The notes below the pieces were generated by a model, which saw only the letters and a list, made by a program, of their open reading frames with translations, did no database searches and was not told where the DNA came from. From a virus, in IMG/VR virus record IMGVR_UViG_3300045988_152944: 64,000 nt of DNA; one strand, written 5' to 3'. A program made the translations under genes and the position numbers. Each line of letters begins with the position of its first letter. Positions within the stretch are counted from its first letter, which is position 1. This document shows positions 18,563-33,325 of the stretch, one piece after another.

Positions 18563-21500
18563 TTATACGCAATATACATACTTACCCTCCGCGTCATATT
18601 GTCCTAACTCTAATACACAGTCGGTTAAATCCTCAAATGTCTTATATCGTTTTGTGCCTTGTAGTGTCTCGGTTACTAACTGAGTAATATAACCACTGTC
18701 GTTTTCTAATTCGCTCACCTTGGTTGGCATCGTCGGTATATAACTATTGACAATTGTGAATTGCCCACGCGTATCGGTTCTTAATGGTTTATAAGAATAC
18801 TCAATTGGCTCCGTCGGTTTGGTTGCAGCTTTAATTTTGAGTGTAAAATTGGTCAGACTTAATGCCAATAGCGCTATTGGAGTGTTCACGTTCATAATAA
18901 TATCAGTACGCGACGAAATCGAATAATCTGAAATGGTGTAAGTATAATAACCACTTTCTGCAACCCATTTATCAACCGCAAAAGTGCCGGTGGTTTGTGA
19001 AGATGTGTATTGAGCAAAGGCTACACTATCGGTTGATGATATGCCAATCGTAACCGTCCCATCATCCGCTTTATTCAGAGATATTGGAGAATTATAGTCC
19101 AAATTTTGGGCTGTTAGATACTTAGCATCATTTTGTAGCTCACTAACTTTTTGTGGTACATAAGAGTTAAATAAACGCAGTAACCCTTCTTCTTCCGTGT
19201 CAAGGATCTCCATACTAAACGGAATATTTGCCACCTTAGCACGCTTAAACTGGACATACCCCTCTTGTCTGTCAACGATTTGAATATTTTCACTGTCATT
19301 TAAATATACTTTTATCGCAGATTCAAGTTTGATATTCTCGTTTGAGTAGGTGTAGGTTACGGGCGCCATCCCCGAAGTCGTTAAAGAAAAAAGCTTTGAG
19401 AAAACATATTTAGGGTCACTCCCCGAACTTTGATCTCTGCCGAACACAATTATTGTCCCAGCCGGTGCAACCTCAGGTATGTTTGAGGTCAATACATAAG
19501 CCATAAAAGCCATTGGAAAGGCCTGTACCTCCTCTTCGGTTGTTGGCTGATAGGTGTATATATGGAGCTTATTACCTTCAATCTCTTCGGCGCCCACATA
19601 CGGCATCAGCAAAGTTTTGCGTATATCAGGACTATCTGTTTTTGTGCACAAAACATCTATGGTAATAGAAGTTCCTGTTAAATCCGAAGGGAACGTATAT
19701 CCGTAAAAATTAACTGCCGACATTCCTTCAAGCTCCGAAGAGGGTGTTAACGTGCTACATTTTATCCAATCGGGAGCGGTGGCCGACATGGTTGCGCTTA
19801 TGACTAAAACAATATCGCCCGCTTTATACGTTGCACTATCAGATTTGTAAACATATAATGCCGCCCCTTCGACGCCGTTGTTATCTATTTGAGCATATTT
19901 GTAATACACATCAGTTGTTTCGTTAAATACCATTTGAAGAGGGGTATTGGTATCTGGCTCGGTAGCTAAAATTATATTTACAACCACCGATTGTCCATCA
20001 AAAGCCCAATACCCAATGTTTTTCAGTTCGTCCGCCGTCGCGTGTCCAATCAATAAGGTGTTTTCTTTTGTCTTATCGATAGTGTGTTGCACCGTGCTAT
20101 CGAAAGTCATCAATATAGTTTCTGTTGTGGGTAAGATTTCTCCTTCAACGTGAATTTCATCAGTTGTCCACTTGTCTATGGCGAGCGTGTCTTTAATCGC
20201 GGTATAGTTTACCCCCTTGCCAGACATTCCGCCGCCAACAGAATTTAACAATTCAATATAGTGATATTGCGTAATGCCCAAATCAGCAAACGTTGACTCG
20301 CTATAAGCCAAATTCGCCGCACCGGGATTAGCATTAGAAACCAGGTTAGTCGATTTGAGTCCAGTTAACTTACTATCTTTCACCGTGATGGTTGCAGACT
20401 TTAATTCATATGTGGATGCACCGTCTGTTCCCTGCTGTGTGCCACCAACAACGTTGGCATCAATAGCATCCAGAGCTGCACTCATTGTAAAGATTGCGGT
20501 CAAGGGATAAGGCGTGGTGTCAAGTTTAACGACATAAGTCTTTCCGTTTTCTAAAGCCGTAGTGATAGGCACCGTTGTCCAATCCGTAGGCTCTGGTGTA
20601 ATATTACCAAGATCGATAAGACCACTGGGTTGCGGATTTTTAATAAATCCGTTGATTTTTACTTGTGTAACAGTTCCGATGTTGCTCGTGAAATTCTGAT
20701 CGTTATCAAGTTGGCTCACTTTTGTCGGTATTTGTCCTACAGTGGCATAATCCATATCGTTCGTGAGCTGGCTAATTTTAGTAGGAACCTGAGATTCGGT
20801 AATATAGTGAGCATCATTGTCTAGTTGACTCACCTTCGTGGGTATATTGGGTAAATAATTATTGACTACTATGAATTGCCCTTGATTGTTCGTCTCCCTA
20901 ACTTTGTAAGTATATGGAACTGAGGTTGTGGGTTCTGTGTCGCGAATGATAGTGATGTTATATTTGGACACTCCGTGTGCTTTAATTTGCCCATTGTCTG
21001 ACACTTCCATTAACACGTCACTGGTCTCTGTAATTGAGTTATCACGAATAGTGTACACAACCCCAGGAGCGAGTTTTAAACATGCCCCCGCTTGACCATA
21101 AAACACAGCAACAAATTTGCCATCGCCATAGGCCACATCCCAATAATCACTAGTTGTTTTACCTAACGAGGTCCAATTAATACCATCGCGAGAATACGCG
21201 GCGGCATAGCCATCTCCTATGGTTGCCACAAACAAACCATTACCATAGACCACGTCCCCCCAAAACCCGCTTGCTGGCAATTTTGTCATCGTCCAGTTGA
21301 TCCCGTCGGAAGAATAGGCCGCATTATTACTCTCACGTTCAACAGCTACAAATACGCCATTGCCATAAGTAATACTTCTCCAGCCGGCAGATGGGAACAT
21401 GGTGGTCTGTTCCCAAGTGATTCCATCGTTTGAGTAAGCTAAATTACCCCCTTCATAACTAACGACAACAAACTTATTATTACCATATGCGATGTCGAGC

Positions 21501-23569
21501 CAAGGAGAATTAGACGGCATCGTCGTCTCAACCCAAGTGATACCGTCCAACGAATATGCCGCACGATCATTCTGATTGGCGATCGCCACAAATTTATCCG
21601 CCCCATAAACAACACTACCCCACTCGGCGCTCGCGGGCATCGTTGTTTGAGTCCAACTTACACCGTCGAGCGAATAAGCACTCACTGTTGAATTCTTGTA
21701 CGACACAGCAACAAATTTCCCATTACCATAAGCTATACTTTGCCAATAGGCCGAAACTGGCATGTTCATCTGTTTCCATGTTATACCATCTTCAGAATAA
21801 GCGCCACGCGACGTTTGTTCTGCTATGGCAACAAATTTCCCATTACCATAGGCAACATCGTTCCAGGGTTGCTCCCAAGGCATTGTTGTTTCTTGCCAAT
21901 CTCCATCAAACGGACTCCACCCAACTGTTGGTAAGATGCCACTTTGTATTGTGCCAGTTTTTTGAGGAAGAGCAACGGGCACCTGATTTTCAGTAACATA
22001 ATGAGCGTCGTTCTCTAATTGACTAACCCGTGTGGGAATCTCAGGCATAGTAGGCACAAATGAATTTACAATAGTAAATTGTCCTTTCCCGCTCGTTTGT
22101 TTTTTTTTATACTTATACGTAATAGGGGTTGAAGGGACAGTGTCTCTCATTACTATCATATGTTGATTCTGCATGGTCGCAGGGTTTATTATGTGTTCAT
22201 CCTCTAATGTCATAACCACATCAGAATGAGTATCAAGTTCCGAATCCGAAATTGAATACGTATATTTATTTAACGAGGGCGTGGCCACCCAATAATTAAC
22301 TCCGGTGCTATCGCTATATCCCACTGTATCAAGTGCAACAAACCGATCATTACCACAAACAACCTTAACCCATGAACCACTCCCTGTGAAATCGCACAAA
22401 GACCAGTTAACACCATCATAAGAATATAAACACTGGGAAGAGCCATAATACTGGGAGTCGTCCACTGCGATAAATACCCCATTACCATACGCAATGTTTG
22501 TCACCTGATTAAATGTATCTTGTATAGATTTGGGCAGTATTGTCCAGGACCAGTTTAGTCCGTCCATGGAATAACCACAGGCCATTCCAGAGTAGTGGGT
22601 TTCGGTTAAGATAACAAACTTCCCTTGACCATAACAAATACGACACCGATCCAGATCGTGCCCAGGCATGTTAGATATGGTTGCCTTTGTCCAACTCAGC
22701 CCATCGTTTGAATAAGCTATTGTACCACCGTCGTCCACTGCAACAAACTTGTCTGCTCCATAAGTAATATCTGCGCAAACAATCGGGAAACCCGTTTGTG
22801 ACACCCATGATTTTCCATCGGTCGAATACATATAAGGATGTGAGGTGATTCCACTTTCGTTTGTAATGGCCAGGAACTTGTCTTTCCCAAATATTAAGGG
22901 ACCAAACCTGGTTTTTAAAGGAGCTTTGAACTGGGTCCAGCTTGTACCATTTGTAGACCACGCACCAGCAAAGCTGTCGGTAGTATCACCCACACCTGGT
23001 ACAATGTTGCCGTTTGACAAGGTTACAAAAACCCCAGCGCCATAACAAATTTTCCCCCAATGTTGTGCCGATGGCAAGTTCATTGTATTCCATGTGATAC
23101 CATCTTTGGAATATACTCCCTGTTGAGCCGAAATTGTACTAGATGTGCCTCCGGAACGTTCGGCAACAGCAACAAACTTTCCGTCGCCATAAGCCACGTC
23201 GGTCCAATAGTATCCCGATAATGGGAAAGTGGCATTTTGCCAAGTGTCTTTTACCCATCCGGTGGTTGGTAATTCGCCCTGAATAATATTTGAAGACGTT
23301 TGTGGAAGCGATGTGGGTATAGCTGGTATTAATTGTTCAACCTCTGCCGAGGTCGTATACCCTGCATCGTTTTCTAATTCGCTTACCTTTTTAGGCAACT
23401 GATCTGTCCCCAAAGCACCTATATTTTTCCTTGCTTGTTCTTGTTCTTTTTCTTCAAGATTTTGTGGGGTATACAATACAGCATCAGTGACTTGTGCTTG
23501 CCCACCATTCTTAATCTGGTTGAGCAACGCTTGAACTTCTTGCCCCGTTTGGGTTAGTTTATAACTCAT
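18563..23569 (-). CDS. giant tail fibre/central fibre protein with two propeller-like repeat blocks (1668 aa)
   Basis: Five KVS(E/Q)L(E/D)NDxxY(I/V)T fibre motifs. Two blocks of (A/I)YGNGKFVAV...AYSxDGITW repeats. Lies directly downstream of the tape-measure gene. Confidence 0.85.
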   Translation of the reverse strand: MSYKLTQTGQEVQALLNQIKNGGQAQVTDAVLYTPQNLEEKEQEQARKNIGALGTDQLPKKVSELENDAGYTTSAEVEQLIPAIPTSLPQTSSNIIQGELPTTGWVKDTWQNATFPLSGYYWTDVAYGDGKFVAVAERSGGTSSTISAQQGVYSKDGITWNTMNLPSAQHWGKICYGAGVFVTLSNGNIVPGVGDTTDSFAGAWSTNGTSWTQFKAPLKTRFGPLIFGKDKFLAITNESGITSHPYMYSTDGKSWVSQTGFPIVCADITYGADKFVAVDDGGTIAYSNDGLSWTKATISNMPGHDLDRCRICYGQGKFVILTETHYSGMACGYSMDGLNWSWTILPKSIQDTFNQVTNIAYGNGVFIAVDDSQYYGSSQCLYSYDGVNWSLCDFTGSGSWVKVVCGNDRFVALDTVGYSDSTGVNYWVATPSLNKYTYSISDSELDTHSDVVMTLEDEHIINPATMQNQHMIVMRDTVPSTPITYKYKKKQTSGKGQFTIVNSFVPTMPEIPTRVSQLENDAHYVTENQVPVALPQKTGTIQSGILPTVGWSPFDGDWQETTMPWEQPWNDVAYGNGKFVAIAEQTSRGAYSEDGITWKQMNMPVSAYWQSIAYGNGKFVAVSYKNSTVSAYSLDGVSWTQTTMPASAEWGSVVYGADKFVAIANQNDRAAYSLDGITWVETTMPSNSPWLDIAYGNNKFVVVSYEGGNLAYSNDGITWEQTTMFPSAGWRSITYGNGVFVAVERESNNAAYSSDGINWTMTKLPASGFWGDVVYGNGLFVATIGDGYAAAYSRDGINWTSLGKTTSDYWDVAYGDGKFVAVFYGQAGACLKLAPGVVYTIRDNSITETSDVLMEVSDNGQIKAHGVSKYNITIIRDTEPTTSVPYTYKVRETNNQGQFIVVNNYLPNIPTKVSQLDNDAHYITESQVPTKISQLTNDMDYATVGQIPTKVSQLDNDQNFTSNIGTVTQVKINGFIKNPQPSGLIDLGNITPEPTDWTTVPITTALENGKTYVVKLDTTPYPLTAIFTMSAALDAIDANVVGGTQQGTDGASTYELKSATITVKDSKLTGLKSTNLVSNANPGAANLAYSESTFADLGITQYHYIELLNSVGGGMSGKGVNYTAIKDTLAIDKWTTDEIHVEGEILPTTETILMTFDSTVQHTIDKTKENTLLIGHATADELKNIGYWAFDGQSVVVNIILATEPDTNTPLQMVFNETTDVYYKYAQIDNNGVEGAALYVYKSDSATYKAGDIVLVISATMSATAPDWIKCSTLTPSSELEGMSAVNFYGYTFPSDLTGTSITIDVLCTKTDSPDIRKTLLMPYVGAEEIEGNKLHIYTYQPTTEEEVQAFPMAFMAYVLTSNIPEVAPAGTIIVFGRDQSSGSDPKYVFSKLFSLTTSGMAPVTYTYSNENIKLESAIKVYLNDSENIQIVDRQEGYVQFKRAKVANIPFSMEILDTEEEGLLRLFNSYVPQKVSELQNDAKYLTAQNLDYNSPISLNKADDGTVTIGISSTDSVAFAQYTSSQTTGTFAVDKWVAESGYYTYTISDYSISSRTDIIMNVNTPIALLALSLTNFTLKIKAATKPTEPIEYSYKPLRTDTRGQFTIVNSYIPTMPTKVSELENDSGYITQLVTETLQGTKRYKTFEDLTDCVLELGQYDAEGKYVYCV

Positions 23570-23684
23570 GTTTCACTCCTTCGGGACTAAGCCCCCTAAA
23601 GTATTTTGGAAGAGACGTTTTTCCGAGAACGTCGCTAAAAACTCGTTATCAACCTTCAAATAAAATGAAGATTTTATTATTTCA

Positions 23685-23718
23685 ACGCAGAATCCCCTAA
23701 TAAATGGGGAATCTGCGT
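23685..23718 (-). terminator. hairpin downstream of the tape-measure gene (possible terminator)
   Basis: ACGCAGAATCCCC/GGGGAATCTGCGT imperfect inverted repeat 19 nt past the stop; the downstream tract is only moderately T-rich. Confidence 0.4.
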
Positions 23719-23736
23719 AAAATAAGTTAAAATACA

Positions 23737-26700
23737 TTAAGAATGTCTAGTGAGATTACGCGCGGCTTGAAGTTGTCGCACAAAGTCATCCATATCAAAC
23801 CCAGGTTGAGCAACCATATGAACATCCAGATGTTCAACATTAAACGATTCGTCGGTTCCGAACCCTGTTGTGTGACTGAACTTGCCGTTGATGTCCACAA
23901 GTTGTTTAATCAGATTAGGAGCAACCTCGCCCAGTTGCCATACGTTGCGCGTAAGGTCGGCGGGAACAACTCCAGACTTCGACGGAAGAGCCGTCAAAGT
24001 ACCTTGAGGAGTAATGATGCCTTCAAGACCATATTGAGGATCGTCATTGACCAGAGAGAGGCCACCGGCGGTAGATAGAGTGCCTGTTGCGTGTGAAGAG
24101 AAGTCGTCTTGTGGGAGTTCACCTTCGCCTGCATATGTTTCATATATTGTCCCGTTAGCATCAATATAGTACACTTTTTTACTTCCAGAATCATAAATAA
24201 AACGATTGCGTCCGCCCTTAATGATGTCTGCGGCTTTATACCCCAGATCTATTTCCTTAGTTTCTAGTGGATCGAACCACAGGTTTTTAGCAGGAGAATA
24301 AAACAAATAAGAAGGACTAGTCGAGGAATAATCTTTAATAAGCGAAGAGTCCACCTTTTTATTTGTGATCACCACTTTTGAGAATTTCTGAGTCGCATTG
24401 GGATTTGCCCACCACCCATACCAACCCTTGCTGGTGGATGAAATTGCACTATTTAACGAATTCCAACTAGAAATAGCCCCAACGCCGCCCGAACTTTCAT
24501 TACTCTTTTCAAACAATTCTAGATACTCTGCCTTATCTTTATTAGACAGGTATTTATTGTTAAAGGCATCTTCAAAAGCGCTGCGATTTGTGTTAAACTG
24601 TTCAATTTCCACATTGTCCAAATTATCATATAGAGCCTTCTTGTTTGACGCCGCATCCTTGGTTCCTTTTGACTGTAACCATCCACCACCTTTGGTGTTG
24701 ATGAAATCGTCATACGCCGTTTTTAAGGCTTTTTTGGCCGCAGCCTTACGATAGCTATCTTCACTCTTATTCCATTCCTCCAGCTCTTCTTTTTGTTGTG
24801 CCTTATCGGCCGACGAAAACAAGGAAAATTGCTTGGGATCGTTTAACCGTTTGGTCCACAATTCTATCAGTTCAGTTGTGTCTGTGATATTACCCGACCA
24901 AGACTGCATAAACTTTTGAGCCTCTTCAAAGGATTTGTCGTCGACAATTTTGGTCATCCAATCTCGTTGACCTTGTAATTCATCAATCAAAGTTTGTAGT
25001 TTGTTGATTTGTTTTTCATTATCCAGTTCTTCGAGTTCTTTTTGCGCATCAGCGATTGCCGCCGTATCTGCCTCATAAACCCAACCAACACCCTCTCTCC
25101 AAACCTTCTTTTTTTCAGTTTGAGCATTTTCGAGTTTAATTTTAGCTTCAATAAGTTTATTTTCGTATTCTCGTTGCTTATTAATTTGCTCTAGGGCCGA
25201 TTTTTGTTCCTCTAATGCTGTCTGCTCTCTTTCCAAACGTTTATCAATATTGGATTGTATCGCAGCCAATACAGTATTATTCCAGCTTTCTTGAACCACC
25301 TGTCTTATATTTTCGGCTCCATTCAAATACGCCTCAACATATGCGTTTTTGTATTTATTTAATATATCGCCATAGGCGGTGATTTGTTCGTCTGAAAAGT
25401 CTTCAGAACTTAACGCCTGATACAAATCGTCTAAAGATGTATTATCCGCGCCAAACCCCATTTTTTCCATCATATCAACAAAACCCTGGCTTTCGTTAGA
25501 TACCATAGCTTTAAAAATCTGGGAACCCGAGGCGTTTCCGCCAGACCAGTCCTCAAATAGAGAACGGGTTTTATTTGCATAATACTCTTTTGTTTTATTA
25601 GCAATACTAAAGACTCCGGCTTCTGTTAATGCACCCGCCTCGTTACCATTTGCTTGAATAATTTGATATAATGAATCCAGCGACACTTTGCCAGTGGAAG
25701 CCATTTCTGAAAAATAATTTATCAATTTTTCACTTTGTTCTTGCAAATCTGAAAATGTGGAATTCAACTCACCAATTGTTAACGAACCAAATTTATCCAC
25801 ACTTTGTTTCACATCGTCCACCGAACGCCCAAGGGCATTAGCAGCCTGATCTAAGAGTTCATTAACCACATTCGTATCCAATTTATAAGTGTTGTTAACA
25901 ATATCAGATAAAGTGAATTGCCCGCCAGCTAAAAGGGATTGTATCGAGGTGGAGGTGTCTCGTTTCATCATTAGTTGAATTAATCTTCTTATTTCCGTCG
26001 TTAACGACAGTCCCGCCTTATCCGCCACTTGTTGTTCAACCCAAGAGATACCCTTGCGTGCTAATTCCATAGAACCCATTGAGGAAACACCGCTGCGTAA
26101 ATACGCTTCTTGCATCGTATAATTCAAGAGTTTTTTTCGCTCGTCTGCGGTCAATTGTTGTCCTTCTTTGGATTGTTCATAGGCGGCCTTTTGCGCTCGA
26201 ATATTGGCGATTTGCAACGCTTGTGCTAACTGTGTCCGGCTTTCGCTGGATTTGTTTTCATCTGCTAAGTAATCATCAATGTTTCTATAAAGCTCGTCTA
26301 ATGAGGCAGCGCCAAATGTTTCGCGTAATTTAACCCCATCTTCTGAAGACAAGTAACTCTTAAAAGTATCCTCAAGAACTTTGTTGTCTACCGATGCTGC
26401 TTTTATAGCTTCCACATTTTCACGAATAGCCTTCACATCATCCGAAAGTAACTTATCTTGCTTGGAAACTTCAACAACGTTTTGAAGCGCGGTTTCTTGA
26501 GCCTTTAAAGTTTCTAAGAGTTTAGACGCCTCTGCCACTCTTTTTTTACGGTTGATTTCTTCTTTGTCAAGCGCATTGGCAATAGGCTCAGCGGCAAAGC
26601 TCCCAATCGTGGAACCTATCATTGCTCCAATTGGCCCCCCAAGTGCTCCTCCAATGGCTGTTAAACCACCCGCAAAAGCACCAGCAACTACTTTAGCCTC

Positions 26701-28075
26701 TGTAGATCCTTCTGTACCAACGCCAGTTGTTATACCACTAAACAATCCCCCGAGTGCGGCTCCAGGAATATTAGATGGGACGGATTTGAAATATTTTTTT
26801 ACTTTCCCATCTTCTCCCGTCGTTTCTCCAGGAACTCCACCTGTTTTTTGCTGATTAGTATCTTGAGCAACTGCTTTGGCGTGTTTTTGAGTTTCTTTTG
26901 TATCTCGCGAAGTAGCATTTGTGTTTTTGTTTTCCTCTTTGGTTCCTTGCGCTTCGGCGGCGGCCCCTTGTGACGCACTCTCGGCAACTTGGTCTAGCGC
27001 AGAAGCTGTACCAGTTGCAGATTGAGCCAATTTGTTATTGGCCGCTGCTACAGCCTCTTCGGTCTTTTTCTTTTGTATATCTTCTAGTTTGGACGCCTTC
27101 CAATCTTGCTGATGTTGTGCAAATCTTGTGGGTCCTAATCCACTCACAAAACTCTTCCCCTTACCCACAGAGAAAAACTCTTTCATCCAAAGAGGAACTT
27201 TAAAAGCGTTGTATTGAATCAGAGCTGTCCCGACAGCTCGAATGGAGGGAAGAAGTATTTTCATTAAAACAACGGACAAATCGGTAAACAATTTAACGAG
27301 TCCCGACTGCTCCAAAGTCATAGCGAGGTTTTCCCAAGCTGATTGCAGTCTATTTGATGCGCTTTGAATGGTTTCCATATATGCGGCATACTTGCTTTCG
27401 GCCGTACCTTGTGAATGCGCCGAAACCTCTTCTAGTTCTTCCGCACGATCCATATTTTCCATCAACACAAGGAATTGCTCGCGTTGACGAACACCGGCCA
27501 TAGCTGTAGCAATCGCGTTTTTCGACACGTTGTCAAGATTAATCCACCTATCACTCAGTTCGTCAAGAACGTCGCTAAAACTTCTAAATTCTGTATTGGT
27601 CGATCGAATACTGATACCAATTTTACCCAATACTTTTTCTATATCGTTTAAATTCTCGAGATCGGTATCAGACGATGCCTCGAGATTCATTTTTGTATAA
27701 GCGCCCGCTTTTACGTTGCCGTAACGGGACATAATTGTACGCAAGGCCATACCCACACTCGACGCGTCGCGTTGGGTGGTTTCAATGATTGTTGAAGCAT
27801 AGGCTATCGTCTCGTCTAACGACACGCCCGCCAGTTGCGCTGTCGTGGCAACGTTTTGCAAAGCAGCACCAATATCTGCGGCGGACACCGCTGCTTTCAT
27901 GTCAACTGCTGTCAGTTTCGAAACCACATTAACGGCATCAGACACCTCTAATTTAAACCCTTTAATCATTGAGGTTAAATACTCAGTTGCCTGACCGGCG
28001 TCAATCATACCCAGTTTACTTAAATAAGTTGAGGCGGTAATAAGCTCTCCAGCTTGTTGTGCCTCGTAACCTTGT
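23737..28075 (-). CDS. tape measure protein, exon 2 (C-terminal ~1445 aa)
   Basis: The frame stays open upstream of the called Met (…QGYEAQQAGELITASTYLSKLGMIDAGQATEYL…) and continues the TP901-type TMP core that starts at the end of the upstream ORF. Confidence 0.8.
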
Positions 28076-28405
28076 CTATAATTGTGTTACTTTTGAACTT
28101 CGTTACGTTTCAAAAGATTAAGAGAATTTTTATGTCTCAAAATTTTCTTTTATTTTCATAAAAGTTCAGACTATATCTTTGGTAAATAAAAGTTTCCTTT
28201 TATTCCCATCCCCCGCTTCCATTCACTTGAATGTACATAATAGTCTTTGAACCTTCCCCTATTCGGGGCTTGGCTGCTGATTATCCAATTTATATAATTT
28301 TTTAACCATCACACTTAAGCCTATTTCATCTTTATGTTGTGGTTTATATAACTTTAGGAACTTCCAGCAATTCAAGGGATTTATAGTGACCTAGACTTTT
28401 AGTTA
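28076..28405 (-). ncRNA. group I self-splicing intron, ORF-less (~330 nt), interrupting the tape-measure gene
   Basis: Minus strand carries P AATTGCTGGAAG (28372-28361), Q AATCAGCAGCC (28282-28272), R GTTCAAAGACTA (28252-28241) and S AAGATATAGTCT (28179-28168). P7 AGACTA/TAGTCT and P4 TGCTG/CAGCA pair. P1 GTGGCTTA/TAGGTCAC has a U.G at the 5' splice site. The intron ends in G, and the predicted splice restores the frame. Confidence 0.85.
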
Positions 28406-32109
<3,704 letters not shown>

Positions 32110-32112
32110 AAC

Positions 32113-32592
32113 TTACCTCCGAATTAATTGTTTAATGAAAGTTACAAAATCAGTAGTTACAAATTTCGCGATAGCTTCAATCGCTTCTTTAGTATAATAG
32201 TCATCCTCTCTCTCCCCATCAATTGGAGTTTGCCAATAACTATATAAATCATGAACCTCTGATTCTTCATTTTGCATATAATGTATTTTATAAATTGGGT
32301 CCCCTGTGGAATCTTCCCAATTGATTATTGTCTCATCAAAAAATATTTTACAGCTCCATCCGTCAACTTCGGACATCACGGAGCCCAAAAACCTATCCAA
32401 CGGAACGACATTTGTCCTAAAACTATTAATTTGATAGACTTCTGCCACTTTTTGCCTAAAAATATACAGACAATTGTCAGACAAGTAATTCATAATTTGA
32501 GGACGCAGTTGCGCTAGCCGTTTTGCGGCCGATGGAGAGTTTGCATTATGTATCACGATTTCCCCCACTATTTGAGTTAAATTAATTTCCAT
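32113..32592 (-). CDS. hypothetical protein immediately upstream of the tape measure (159 aa), possible tail assembly chaperone
   Basis: Position only (stop 3 nt before the TMP start). Confidence 0.45.
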   Translation of the reverse strand: MEINLTQIVGEIVIHNANSPSAAKRLAQLRPQIMNYLSDNCLYIFRQKVAEVYQINSFRTNVVPLDRFLGSVMSEVDGWSCKIFFDETIINWEDSTGDPIYKIHYMQNEESEVHDLYSYWQTPIDGEREDDYYTKEAIEAIAKFVTTDFVTFIKQLIRR

Positions 32593-32609
32593 ACGCCCTC
32601 CCTCTTTTT

Positions 32610-32650
32610 TTCAAATAACAAAACTAGGCGGAGTAAGTGCTCCGCCCAGA
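32610..32650 (-). terminator. rho-independent terminator
   Basis: GGCGGAG-6 nt loop-CTCCGCC stem (32627-32646), followed on the minus strand by TAGTTTTGTTATTTG. Confidence 0.6.
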
Positions 32651-32670
32651 ATTGCGTTATTCAGTACACC

Positions 32671-33324
32671 CTATTCGTCTGTGGTTTTTATTAAATTGGT
32701 TAACTCATCGTCTTTGAGTAGACCGTGTTCCGAAAGGGCTCCCGCAACCGCCGCCGTCATCGGATCATTTTGTTGAGTAATTGTTGCCAAATTCTTTACT
32801 GTTTCAGCGTCTAATCCCTGTATCGTTTTCTTCATAGCTTTCACCGTTTTTGCAAGTTTATCAGCGTCAAGTCCATCAAACATTTCAACCATTTTGAACA
32901 GATTTGAATAGTTTAACATTCTGTCAACCATTTGTTCTAAATATCTATAATCCCTTTCACAGAATTTTAAGATATCATCAACAATTCCGCTATCGTATAA
33001 AGCATCGATTGTGACCGGCGACATTGCAATTTCACCCATATCGTTGTTAATGTTGGAATAAGCCAAAAGACAGTATAAAATTTTTGCACACTCTATACGA
33101 ACAGTGGCCTCAACCGCATCATGCTCGTTATTTTTTAAACTCCAGGCTGTATATAATAGCGCTGCGGTTTTGTCACCCATTGTGAGTCTAGATTGCACAA
33201 GCAAATCTTGTTTCTGTTGTTGTAAAGCCTTCTCGGCCTCTTGATTTGTCTTACCTTCTTTATAAGCATCGCGACAATTAAACCAATTGATTAGTATATC
33301 TGATAATAAAACCTTATTTTCCAT
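32671..33324 (-). CDS. hypothetical all-helical protein (217 aa)
   Basis: Start moved to the internal ATG at 33324 (MENKVLLSD…), just after the integrase stop; the longer ORF would overlap the integrase gene. Confidence 0.5.
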   Translation of the reverse strand: MENKVLLSDILINWFNCRDAYKEGKTNQEAEKALQQQKQDLLVQSRLTMGDKTAALLYTAWSLKNNEHDAVEATVRIECAKILYCLLAYSNINNDMGEIAMSPVTIDALYDSGIVDDILKFCERDYRYLEQMVDRMLNYSNLFKMVEMFDGLDADKLAKTVKAMKKTIQGLDAETVKNLATITQQNDPMTAAVAGALSEHGLLKDDELTNLIKTTDE

Positions 33325-33325
33325 A

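Noticed and set aside
28009-28398. An ordinary intergenic spacer between two separate large genes
   Set aside because: The downstream frame stays open 66 nt upstream of the called Met. The two ORFs together make one TMP core. The gap also carries the group I intron P/Q/R/S elements, so a split gene is the better explanation.
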